From Monocercomonoides exilis PA203 (Eukaryota; Protista; Preaxostyla): DNA of 64,000 bases. The first letter of the stretch is position 1; the number at the start of each line of letters is the position of its first letter. The position numbers were made by a program, and so were the translations under genes. This document shows, one piece after another, positions 52,611 through 64,000 of this stretch. The notes below the pieces were generated by a model. The model was given only the letters and a program-made list of their open reading frames with translations. It was not told the DNA's origin and searched no databases. The stretch lies in contig LSRY02000018.1 in the NCBI GenBank assembly GCA_001643675.2, positions 682,001 to 746,000 of the forward strand. Reading direction: 5' to 3'.

Positions 52611-54079
52611 ATGTTTTCAAAAATGAAGAAAATTAACGTAACTGAAAGATTTACTGGTTTGCATCATTGTTGTACTTGATTTCATGTCAATTGGATTTCC
52701 TTTTTTTTATTTTTTATTGAAGAATTGTTTGAAGAACTGAAAGATTGCGATGAGGAAAAACAAAAATAAAAAATTAAAATAAAAGAAATGAAGGAACAAG
52801 TAGAAGAGATTGGCAAGAAGAAATCAAGTCCGTTTTCACGGTAGAGCTGCCAACAAAATATCCAAAATGATTGAAGAAAAGAAAATATCAATGGATAACG
52901 CACTTGTCTGTTGAAGCGTGCTGGATGTTTCAAAGCATCGAAGAATATATGGAGTAGTGGATTTTTTTATTCTAAATTGAAAAAAAGAGTTGAAAAGATG
53001 ATAATTGACGAAGATAAGAAGAAAGAAGGGAAAAATGAAAAGCTTTTTGTTGATCTTTGCGAGTGCTATCTTTTGCTTAGCAGCCTGTTTCCACCTGAAT
53101 TATTATCGATTTGTGTGCTTCTCCTTCTGAAGGTTGCATTGAACAAGGAAGAAAACGAAGAAACTCAAAAAGAAGTGGAAATGGCTTTTCTGACTTTGAG
53201 AAACATTGGGAAGCTGGTTGTATGCCCATTTTGCTTGTTTGTTTATAGAATAATTTTTAATTTCATTTATTTTCATTTTAAAAATTTTTGAATTGAGTGT
53301 TGAAAGAGAACTTTTCCAGGATAAAATCAAAGAGATTATCAAATATCATCAGGAACATCACAATCTGACTCGTCTTGCGTATCAGTCTGCTTGGAAATTT
53401 TTGATTAACAGATTTTTTATCGATAAAATCTTGAAAGGAATCATTGTCTATGGGCTGCATCATGCAAGAGATGAAAGTTTGGAAGATGCAATTGTGAATG
53501 AGCTGCATTTTGCGAGAGAAGCAAGAGAATTAGAAGAGCTGTGGAAATGTGTGGTTTGGAAAAGAAAAAAGAAGAATTTATTTTATTGAGATGGATCCAA
53601 ACATTGGCTAATTTTTTTGAATACTTTCGGTTGTGGAATGAAGAACTTGCTGGATTTGTCAGAAGCATTGCACAGGTATTTCGAGCAGCAAGAGAAAACA
53701 AAAGTGAAATTAGCAATTTGTGCATTTGTTCCTTTCGAAATGCTGCTGAAAGAGAAGTTGTCACAGTTGATGAGTTGCCGAGCAAAGAAGCAGTTAATGC
53801 TGTTTTTAAGGAGGTACAGCAGCCAACGTTGAATGGCAAATTGGCAAGCCAAAGCTTGGTGCCTTTTATGAATATTTCAGAAAAACGAAAGGAAAGAAAA
53901 TATTCGAAAAGAGAGAAGCGAAAAGAAAGGCAGCCAATATGGGGTTGTTGGAAAAGATGAAAGAAAATGGATACGATGCCATCGCAAGCTTTCATAAAAA
54001 TGGATTTTCTTGATAGAAAATATTTAAATGCATTATCATTGAATATTTCTGATTATTTTTTAAATATCTAACCAACTGA
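52611..54079 (+). pseudogene. Family A pseudogene (mirror)
   Basis: Reverse complement of 18539-20009. Confidence 0.8.
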
Positions 54080-54832
54080 AATGTTTCATATTTCGTTACT
54101 CTTTTTATTTTTCTTTTTTCATCATTTCACAAAATGGCAAAAAAAAAAAAAAATGAAGGTGGGGGCTTTTTAAAGTTTATTTAAAAATCCTCAAATTATA
54201 ACCTCAAAATGTAATAAATCATTTTAAAAACAAAAAACAAAAATGATATATTGCAATTTTTCCTTTTTTATAACAAATCTTTCTCAAATGAATTGTTGCT
54301 TTCACAAACAATAATAAAATGAATTCTTTCCCATTTGAGCAGTATCTCAAACATCCTCTTCTTTGAAATTTTGTTTCAAAAATGTTTTTCCTCAATCATT
54401 TCGTTTTCAAAGAACCTGATGTCACTGAAGCAGAAAAGAAACTGCTTTGGTGTGAAAGGCTAAAGAATGAGAAATGGATGATAGAGTAGTCTATTCCAGA
54501 GATTAATTGCCTGCCACAAAATTCTTCAATTAGCAATATCGTGATTCAACAATAGACAGAAGCATTTTATTTACAATTGTTTAAGGAGAATCAAAATGTG
54601 AAGCGAAAACAGATATGAAAAATGAAAAAAAAAATGAAACTGTACCAAATTATTCAGATTTCCAATCAATTAATTAATCAATTAAATTATAATAATAATG
54701 ATAATGATGATAATGTAATGAATGAAAAGCAAAACTGTACAACGAATATGAAAGCCATATGTTCTTTTCGTTGAAAAGAAAGTGGAAAGCACTTGTTCAA
54801 ACACAAATGAAGTGAAACAAGAAGCACTTAAA

Positions 54833-56239
54833 TCAGCAATTAATAAAAAAATCGTTGATATTTACAATCAAAACATAAGAGTATAAATCTTCTTTAACTG
54901 TGAAACGGAATAACCCAATGATAAAATTTTCGTATCCTTCTTCCTCCATCTTTTCAAAAATCTTTCTTTTCATTATTTTTCGTTTTGTCTCCTCTTCCTT
55001 TTCTTCCATCTTTAACTCCAATGCATGGCAAATATCTTTCATAAAATAGACACTGAATGCAATTGATTTGGTTATTGTATCTAATCGAACCATTTCCTCT
55101 AAAATGATATCAACTGATCCGTTTTTAAAAAGTCAATAACCCCCACGGCACTGTTTTCTATCGCACTGTATAAGCACTGAATTGCATGTTCGCTAAAGTG
55201 ATGGCCATTATCCTTTGTCACCCGAAATATCCTTGAAACTCTGCCGATAAGAATGCTAAGTTCTTCATTCCATAATTCGCAAAAAGAAAAAAAATGGTCT
55301 ATTGCACTGAGCCATTTTAATGTGTGATATTCTTTTTTCGATTCCGAAATTCTCTTTTCTTCAAATGCATCTTCATTCTTCCAATCCATGCAACTCGATG
55401 ACTCTTCCAGCTCTCTTGCCGCTTCTCTCGCAAAATGAAGCTCATTCGCAATAACATCTTCCAAACTGTTATCTGGTAATCTGCCTATCAAAAACTCCCA
55501 AGCAGATTGATAGGCGAGCCGCGTCAGATTGTGATGCTTTTGATGATTTTTGATGATTTCTTTGATTTCATTCAAATACAGCTCTTTTTCTATTTTCTAA
55601 TTGTAAAAGGAGAAAGAAATATCAAAAAAAATATCAGAAATGATTCAGAAATATACATACCACCAACCTACTAAAGTTACCTAGAGCCAGTAACGTAATT
55701 TCCTCCTCCTTTTGTGCCTCATCACTTTCCTCTTTCTTTAAGGCGGCATTCAGAAGGCATGGGACGATAATTGGTATTAATTCATTTGAGGCATCCTTAA
55801 TCAGCAAAATATAGCATTGGCAAAGACCAATCAGTAGCTTTTCATTCTTTCCTTCCTTTTTCTTCCCTTCTTTAGCAATCATTCTCTCAAATCTTTTGAA
55901 AAGTATGGAAACACTTAAATCGTAAATCCACGTTTCTGTTGACACTTTCCAGTATCCCATGTTTTTCAACAACAAGAATGCATTTTCCATCGGCAGTGTA
56001 TTTAAATCAATCAGTTCGATTATTCTGTCCAAATTTTCAATTTTAAGAATAGATGAAAATTCTTTCATCGTCATGTTGTCCATCAATTCATTCATTTCTT
56101 CAATCTTTTGCTTTTGTTCAACTCCATTTAAATAACTTAGTTCACAAAATGCTTCTGAAAAAGAAAGAAAAGAATCACATTAATCAGATTTAATGTATGG
56201 CAATGCTTGCAAACTGATGAACTGATTTGCGCGGTACAT
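54833..56239 (-). CDS. Family A member (mirror of 16376-17783) with a 1-bp homopolymer frameshift near 55130
   Basis: Last exon is split into 55099..55575 and 54833..55093. This may be a sequencing error. Confidence 0.65.
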
Positions 56240-57216
56240 CTTCTGCTTTTCCAAATATAAAAGTTGATGAATAATTGCTACAGACTTTATCGTTTAAATA
56301 CAAATCAAAACGCATCGAGAGTAAAAAATGAGGAAAAGAATAATTCAAGGAAATCAATAAAACGTCAGTGTTCAAACTATCTGTAAATTCCTATACATTT
56401 CCGATAATCAATAATGGAAAAAAAAATGTGCTTTGTTATTTCTCCTTTGAGGCAGCGGAGATTCTGATCGGATGGTTCTCTTGGGATGAAAATATCCAAA
56501 TAGAAAATTAGAGATTAACGAAACGACATTAACTGTAAAATAGCATTTGTAAATAAGTACAGTGTGTACAGTTTGTCCCAAAAAAGAGATTAGAACATTT
56601 TTATGTTGATCATCCCATGCTGTTTAATGATTATTAAAACGAAATAGGGCAAAATTTTATCAGTTTTGAAAAAAACTGAGATTTGTTCCAAACTTTTTCT
56701 TCAATCATTTCATTTAACCTGTGTGACGTGACGAAATTTTTGTCTTCACGTCTATCAGTGATGTTTTTCTACGTCTTTTTTTTTTTTTTTTTGACAAGAA
56801 ATCTAATTTTTTTTTAAGTGTACAATTTCAATAACAAAAAAATTTATTTAAAGAATTGTTTTCAAAAGATTTAATTGTTTAATTTATCCTCAATTTCCCA
56901 TAAAATGATTTCATTTTAGAATTTTGAATAAATTGCTCTTAAGTCAGAGATCCCACACCTATTTTGCGCAATAATGTTCATGATGTGACATCATGTTTAT
57001 TATTATATGTCCATTGTTGTATATCGTGTTTCTTCAGTTTGAACTTTTTAAAAAATACTCTGATTTTCCATTTTTCAATCGAATTTTTTATTCCTCTGCG
57101 ATGTCATTCCCTAACATTTTATTGTTCAATTGATTATTTTTGAATATCTCTTCTGTTTGCATATTTGTTATATTTTTTTGAAGATTCACTTTTTCAGTCT
57201 ATTTTTCTTCAAAGAT

Positions 57217-58291
57217 TTCTCTTTTTCATCTTTTCTTCCCATCCATTCCAGTCTCCGCACCTCTTATTCGATTCGATCTCCTTTTTGGAACAAACAACTT
57301 CGTATTCCAAGCAAGCTTTTCACCAAATGTCCTGTTTAGCATGTTGGAATTGAAACTGGTTGTGAAGAAATTGGATAACAGGCTTTATTCGATGCAAACA
57401 GTCATCGCTTCGAGTGGTGCGAATGGAATGATTCAAATGGAGGAAGTGATTGGGGAGGAGCGCTTCATGTTGAATGCACAAATGCTAATCTCGAAATCAC
57501 ATCATGTTTTATTTTCAATCGTTCAAGTGGTGATAATGGTGGAGCGTTATTATGTTCATATTTGCTAAACATAGATATCACAAAATCCAATTTCACAAGC
57601 TGCTCAGCTGCTCATGGAGGAGCTGCTGCAATATGGTATCCTCAAACAAATTCTGTTTATTCATTCTCAGAAAACAGAGTGGAAAGTTGTTCAATAACTG
57701 ATTGGTGTGGAGCTGGTTTGTATTTCTATATTGGTGATTTTTCTTCAAACGGCCAATTCCTGTTCACAAAATGCAAGTGCATCGCAAACTCTGGTGGCGA
57801 TTCAACTGGTTCTCTCACATATCATTGGCCTCCGAATAACAAACCAAATCAATTTTTGGTTGATGATTGCCAGTTCATAAACAACAAATTAACAAGTTCA
57901 TCAACATCATGGGGAGGTGCTGCAATGTTTTTCAGAGACACATATTCCTGGATGAATAGAGTAAAATTCATCACATTCTGTTTCTTCGATGGCAACACTG
58001 CAACAAATGGCAGATGGAATGATGTGTTCTTCAATGGAAGCAGCATCACTCAATCTCCTTTCCAGCAATGCGGTTCAACAGCCCCAACTAAAAGAGTGTA
58101 TAATAATGGACAAGCTGACAATGAAACTTTCAATGGCTGGCTCCCCCTCATCGCACAGTACAAAATCGTTGCAAATGGTGAAATTAATTCTGATGCCTGT
58201 GGCAGACCCCAACAGACCACATGAATCACGGTGGAGCCTGTCTTCAACGGTTTCATTTCCCTCCTCCAAGACGCCTCCCTCACCCTCCTCA
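57217..58291 (+). pseudogene. GGA-motif beta-helix-like pseudogene (mirror), cut by the palindrome end
   Basis: Same 220-aa ORF at 57562..58224. Confidence 0.7.
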
Positions 58292-59370
58292 GCTCCTCCT
58301 TCGCTCTCTCCAAAATGCCAACATTTGTCGCCTCTTATACAAAAATTACATGTAAAGATGAAAGAACAACAACTTTTTCCTCTGTTGGAAAAGATTAATT
58401 AAACTTTCTTTTGGAATGTTCTTACTCATTAACTTCAACTTCAACATATTCTTTTACTTTTTCCGTTGAATGCTCCAAATTTTTCTCAAGAATTAGCTTT
58501 GCATAAGCATCTGATGATGGCACAGTCAATATTCACATACACTCAGCTCCACTAGCCCAGGAGTATTTTACCAAAGATTGGGATGTTGCAGAAATAGCGA
58601 CGCGTTCGCCGGCCTTCAAAGTGCGTTTTTGCGAGAGCGAAAGGCAGGTGCTTGTGACTGCAGGAACAGACAGCAACAGTTTGGGCGAAGATATAGAAGC
58701 AGGAAAGTGGGTTTGATTCACAACAATTAAAACTTCAAAAGAGAAAGGGGAAGACCAGAAAGCGGAGGAAAACGAAAAGGCTAAGGAGGAGCTGGCGTAA
58801 GGGAATGGCTCGCGTGTGAAGGCTCAACTTCCTTGTTATCTTTTTTATTTTTCTCGTGTTCATCTCACAAAAAAGTTTTTGAAAGTTTTATCGTCTTTCG
58901 AGTATTTGAATATTTTTTTGAATAGCAGAAAAGCATTTTGGATGCCGGCATCAGAGCATTGATTACGTAGCGAAGTCAGCTGATTTTTTGAAAGATTGGA
59001 GAAGGATGAAAATATTTATGAGCTGAACATTTCAACTCAAAAAAATCACTCTCTTTTGATGAGCTGTCATTTTTCTGTTTAAAAACTGGTTTTGGCTTTG
59101 GAACATCAATCTTGCTAATAAAAGACACAACAAACGAGTGCTTCAGAGAATCGAGTTCGAAAGTTCAAATAAGATCAAAATGTCCAATTATTAATTAATA
59201 AATTCTAAGTTTAACTGTTTTTTTAAGTGGCTCTGGTGATGCTGCGGCAAAGACCTGTAAATTACCATCAAACATTTTAAAAAGAAACGATTTGAAAATG
59301 AAAAATCGAAGAAGATAAGTGGTTTGGCTTTGCTTGATATTTTTGGAATGATGATTTTCTGCTGAAACAG

Positions 59371-60783
59371 ATTATATTAACAGCATCCACGGCTCTTCAA
59401 GCGAAGAGCTGCACCAAACCTTATTGTTTTTCGAAAAATATGTTCGGTGCAGAAATTGCAGCGATTATGTGAGAGACCTTCCACAGACGTTTTTCGTGAA
59501 TTTTGTTGGCTTATTTGGAAGATTAAGAAGTGCAGATGAATACTTGGCACTTGACATTATTTACACTTTAGTTAATAAGGTGATAAAAGCAGAATATGAA
59601 AAAACCTACGAACTAGAAGCGCGAATGCATTATACTTATGGATCTTCCTCATTTATTTCGTTGATTAAGAATACGCAAGAATTTGAAAGCAAAAATAAGT
59701 TGATTATCATTTATTTGTTTGCACATCCGAAATACTTTGATTATGCGATTAAAGATAAATCCATTTGGGATAGCTATTTGACACTCGTTCGCCATGAAAT
59801 TAACATCGAATCAAAAGATTTCGAAACACACATTTTACCAATAATGACACGTAGCTTTAGTGGCATGAACTTTCTTTTTTAAAATATGTTTTGCAATTTT
59901 ATCTTTGCTTATTTTTATTTTTTTAAATTTTGAAGTTTATCCACCTCATGATGGCAATTTTCAACTTATTTCGGATCTTATATCTTTGCTAAGCAAGGCT
60001 GGGTGTAAGAATCCCTTTTTTTCATGTAAATGCATGGATGAGTTGTATCAGTACGTTTCGCGGGTGAATAGGGGTGAGCGGCTGAGTGGTGCTTTTGCAG
60101 AATGCTGCACAATTTTGATGGAGAAGACAATATGCTGTTTTGCGCAAAAGCCATTTGACTTCTTTGAGCGAAAGAGTCAGAAAAGTCAACAAGAAATGTG
60201 TGTGGAAAAGGACGAAAAACTGCTGTCAATCTTTGATGACTTTACGCCAATTAGTCGGCGTTCAGTCACCTCTGAGCATGTTGATTTGTTCAAGCAGATG
60301 TTATTCGCAATTAAACATCTTTTTAATAATTTGAAAGTTAAAGTTGATATTCCTCATATGAAATGTGTAACATTATTGCTGAAATGGTTTCTCGAAAATA
60401 TCCCAATCAGATCGTTTGACAATGATATTTTTTTTATAATGGATGATTGGATTGAATCAAATAGGGAACTGAGTATAATTGAAATTCTTCCTCTTTTTTG
60501 CGATATATTTTGTGATATCGTCATAAAAGCAATAAGTGATGACAATGTGAGTAAATCGTTCACAACAATAGCAGTCTTAATATATAAATGTTTGTACGAT
60601 TGCAAAGTTGAAAGCCAAGAAACGTTTTTTGTTGATAATTCAGATGCGCACAGATCTGCAATTGTTTTATATGATGCTTTGGAGGAGAATGGATTTGAAG
60701 ACCTTTGTGATTCTCATCCAACTTCAATTTCACCTTTAGAACAACGTGCTTTTTTCTCCGTTTTTACGAAAATTTTTTTGTAA
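59371..60783 (+). CDS. Uncharacterised alpha-helical protein, at least 2 exons; possible distant family A relative
   Basis: Long ORFs 59424..59882 and 59905..60783 can be joined by a T-rich intron ending ...TTTGAAG. C-terminal LYDALEENGFED resembles family A FEKMEEEGYE. 5' end unresolved. Confidence 0.65.
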
Positions 60784-61489
60784 GTAATCTGGAAATATCT
60801 TTTTTGTTTTAGTATTTTGATGAAAAGTTGATTGCGATAATAAAATGAGTATTATTTATGGAGTCAGTTGTTAAACAGAACTTGTCTTTGTTTTAACATT
60901 CAAGATTCAAATTATTCTTTTGTAATTTGAACAAGCTTGTACTTTTTTTAACATCCTTTTTAACATTGAGGTTTCTTTTCTTCTTCTTCTTCTTCTTCTT
61001 CTTTATTTTTCCTTAATTTGTCTCTGTTTGTATTTTGCTCCATTGCTTCTTTATGTAAAGATAAAATGATTTTTGTTTATTTTATCAATCATTTTTCAGC
61101 AATTTTTAAACGGCCAACTTTTGTTGATAATTTTTGAACTTTGAAATTTTTATTTATTTCATTTTTTTTTCAACTTAAACGCTAAATGCTAAGATTTTCA
61201 ACTCTTTTTCAGTCAACTTCAGCCGCATCATTTTTTTGAACAAAAAGATGAAAGTAATAATAGTGATCAACTTACCAGAAAATAAAAAAATGAAAAGACG
61301 CTTGGATTTTTACCCAACATAAAAAAAGCATTTTAACAATAATCTCAAATAAGTATCTCTGAATTCAAAAAAGGGAAATAACATAAAAACACAGATTATT
61401 TTTTTAAACTGGAAAATATACAATAAAGTTTATAAGTGTTTTTATTTAATTTTAATTTAAGTAATTTTTTTTTTTCTTTTTATTTTATT

Positions 61490-62024
61490 ATATTTTATTT
61501 TATTTTATTTTATTTTATTTTATTTTATTTTATTTTATTTTATTTTATTTCATTTTATTTTATTTCATTTTATTTCATTTTATTTTATTTTATTTTATTT
61601 CATTTTATTTTATTATATTTTATTTTATTTTATTTCATTTTATTTTATTTTATTTTATTTTATTTTATTTTATTTTATTTTATTTTATTTCATTTCATTT
61701 TATTTTATTTTATTTCATTTTATTTTATTTCATTTTATTTTATTTTATTTTATTTTATTTTATTTCATTTTATTTTATTTTATTTTATTTTATTTTATTT
61801 TATTTTATTTTATTTCATTTCATTTTATTTTATTTTATTTTATTTTATTTTATTTTATTTTATTTTATTTTATTTTATTTTATTTTATTTTATTTTATTT
61901 CATTTTATTTTATTTCATTTTATTTTATTTTATTTTATTTTATTTTATTTTATTTTATTTTATTTCATTTCATTTCATTTTATTTTATTTTATTTCATTT
62001 TATTTTATTTTATTTTATTTCATT
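61490..62024 (+). repeat. ~535-bp (TTTTA)n pentanucleotide tract with TTTCA variants
   Basis: Seen directly. The overlapping 196-aa FILFY ORF is spurious. Confidence 0.95.
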
Positions 62025-62699
62025 AGATAAAATGTGAAATGAATTGGGCATTTCAAATTATTTGTGTTATTTCAAGTTTCAGCCACCAATTTTGAATTAA
62101 CCCAGTTATTTTGAAATAACCTTGAAAAACTTATATCTACTGGCCGTTTTTAAAAACATTGAATGAAATATTCTAAATCGAAAAATGGTTGAAATAATAT
62201 TCGAAATTATTTTTGCTTGTTTTATATTATCATGAAATTCTGAAATTTATCGTTTTGGGATTCAAAGAAAATTGCTTCAGTCATTTTTGCTTGAAAAATT
62301 CAAAAAAATAAAAATAAAAATAAAAATAAAAATAAAAATTGAGTTTTCATATGTCGAAATATTTGATGTTTCTCAAATAACACAATTTGAATTAGATTTC
62401 TTTGTATAAAAATCTTTTTTAAAAGCTTTCACAAGTTTTGAAATTAATAATTCATCGATAAAAATGGAAAAATTGACAAAGAATTGCAATAACACATTTT
62501 TCATTTCATTTTCGAATATTCCGTTTGTCAAAAACTGCAAAGCAAATTGATAAGTGCGCTGTGTGAAATTGTGATACTTCTGATGATGAAGATAATTTCT
62601 TTGATTTTTTTTTCAAATACAGTTCTTTTTTCACTTCCAATGCAAAAAAAAAAAAAAATTAAAATGTGTTAATTGATTAATAAATATATTAACACACAT

Positions 62700-63270
62700 C
62701 ACATTGTTTAATGTTGCTCAAAGCTAGTATGGTTATTTCTCCTTTCTTCCGAACTTTTTTCTTTCCTCTTTGTTCAATGCGTCTTTCACAAGGTGTGACT
62801 CGCACATTGGATATGGATCCAAAGAACACAAGTTGTCAAGTGAAAATAAGCACTCGTAAATATCAGTTCGAAGCTTTTCAATCTTTTCTTCTTTTTTCAT
62901 TTCTTCATTATTAATTATCTTCTCAAATCTTTCGTTCATCTAATATTTCTCAAAGCTTCCATTCCACTGGTTCATCAGCACATTTAAATATCCAATGCAC
63001 TTCAGTGACAAAACTGCATTTTAGCTGATATTTTCTTTTCTTCAATCATTTTGAATATTTAGTCAAAAAAAAATCTTTTGTGAAAGCAGATTTGAATTCT
63101 TCTTTACTCATTTCATCAATCACTCCATCATCTTCAATGATTATCTGCTTTTGCAACCCTCATTTCAATATTCCAAACCAGAAAACAAATCTGTTCAAAA
63201 ACAATGAAATAAATTCAATCATCATGAATTCATATTCAATTGCAATTTCATACTTGTTATCTTTATTGTT
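62700..63270 (-). pseudogene. Highly decayed family A fragment
   Basis: NERFEKIINNEEMKKEEKIEKLRTDIYECL...ALNKEE matches family exon 2. Multiple frameshifts. Confidence 0.7.
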
Positions 63271-64000
63271 TTATTTGCTCTGCAGTATTTTCGCTAAAGC
63301 ATTTCATCCAGAATGTGTTGATAAAATTTTTTTCAAACTTAATGAAAGAAAGCTTTGAAATGAAAATAAAATAACATGAAAACTTTTAAAACAAACAAAA
63401 GAAATTGCTCACAAACTTGTTTTAAATGCATTTTTGTTTGCACCAAACAAACGATAAGATGTGAACAATATGAATTGATCATTGACATAAATGAATGTTA
63501 ATCAATTCGAATTTTTTGAAATAGGTTTAATATATATATTATGAAGTATTATGTTGTTTAAAGATAATAATGGAACCAATTGTGAATGATTGTGCAATCG
63601 TTTTAGGCAAAAACAAAAATTTCAAAATTCCAAAATTGTGTATTTTTTACAAAAGGAAGATGAAACTGACAAATAAATAGCTTCAATTGTTTGTTGAACA
63701 TTTGTGTTTATAATAGAATTCATTATTTTTTCAAAATAATTCACATTCCCATTCCATGAAAAATGATCAAACTTTTTTTGGAAAACTAGCAAAAAATGCT
63801 TCATAAGCGAAATGCACAACACATTATTTAATGTTGATACGTTTTTGACTTCCTCCCTCAAAACATTGTTTTTTGACAAATGCAAGACTGACAGGTCACA
63901 AATGAAAAAAACCAGTATTTCTTAAAAACACTGCCTTTTATTTAAAATTACTGGGGAATCTTGAAATAAACAAAATATTTTGAAATATTTTTTTATTTCA

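Larger units (their letters stand above)
36431..58291 (-). repeat. Right arm (~21.9 kb) of giant palindrome / inverted duplication
   Basis: Reverse complement of 14326-36188. Identity ends after CCCTCACCCTCCTCA at 58291. Differences seen are homopolymer and microsatellite indels. Confidence 0.97.

Noticed and set aside
58290-58794. 12-bp inverted repeat CAGCTCCTCCTT / AAGGAGGAGCTG starting at the palindrome junction
   Set aside because: Short and low-complexity with no TSD, so it cannot be distinguished from chance.
61436-62026. 196-aa FILFY-repeat ORF
   Set aside because: Translation of a (TTTTA)n microsatellite.
62052-62390. Weak inverted repeat (TTCAAATT..TGTGTTATTT) suggesting another MITE
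   Set aside because: Gapped AT-rich match with no second copy or TSD in the window.

Overview
AT-rich eukaryotic genomic DNA with short spliceosomal introns and many pseudogenes. The gene-family content resembles an oxymonad such as Monocercomonoides, which is an inference from recalled family motifs rather than a database result. The dominant structure is a ~44 kb palindrome: 14326-36188 is repeated in inverted orientation at 36431-58291, and the only differences I saw are homopolymer or microsatellite lengths. Its symmetry axis is exactly one copy of a 242-bp hairpin MITE (36189-36430), which also occurs at 29650-29891, 42723-42964 and, diverged, at 8255-8496. Each arm carries an apparently intact 3-exon TIPIN/Csm3/Swi3-like gene and a decayed paralogue, a DD34D mariner pseudogene, a GGG-ended MITE, members of an alpha-helical multigene family, GGA-motif beta-helix-like pseudogenes and small membrane-protein ORFs. 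Outside the palindrome are a hAT transposase remnant, a complete 2.4-kb Tc1/IS630-like element, further family members and a long (TTTTA)n tract. I found no rRNA, tRNA or CRISPR array. Whether the palindrome is real or a fold-back assembly artefact cannot be settled from sequence alone.
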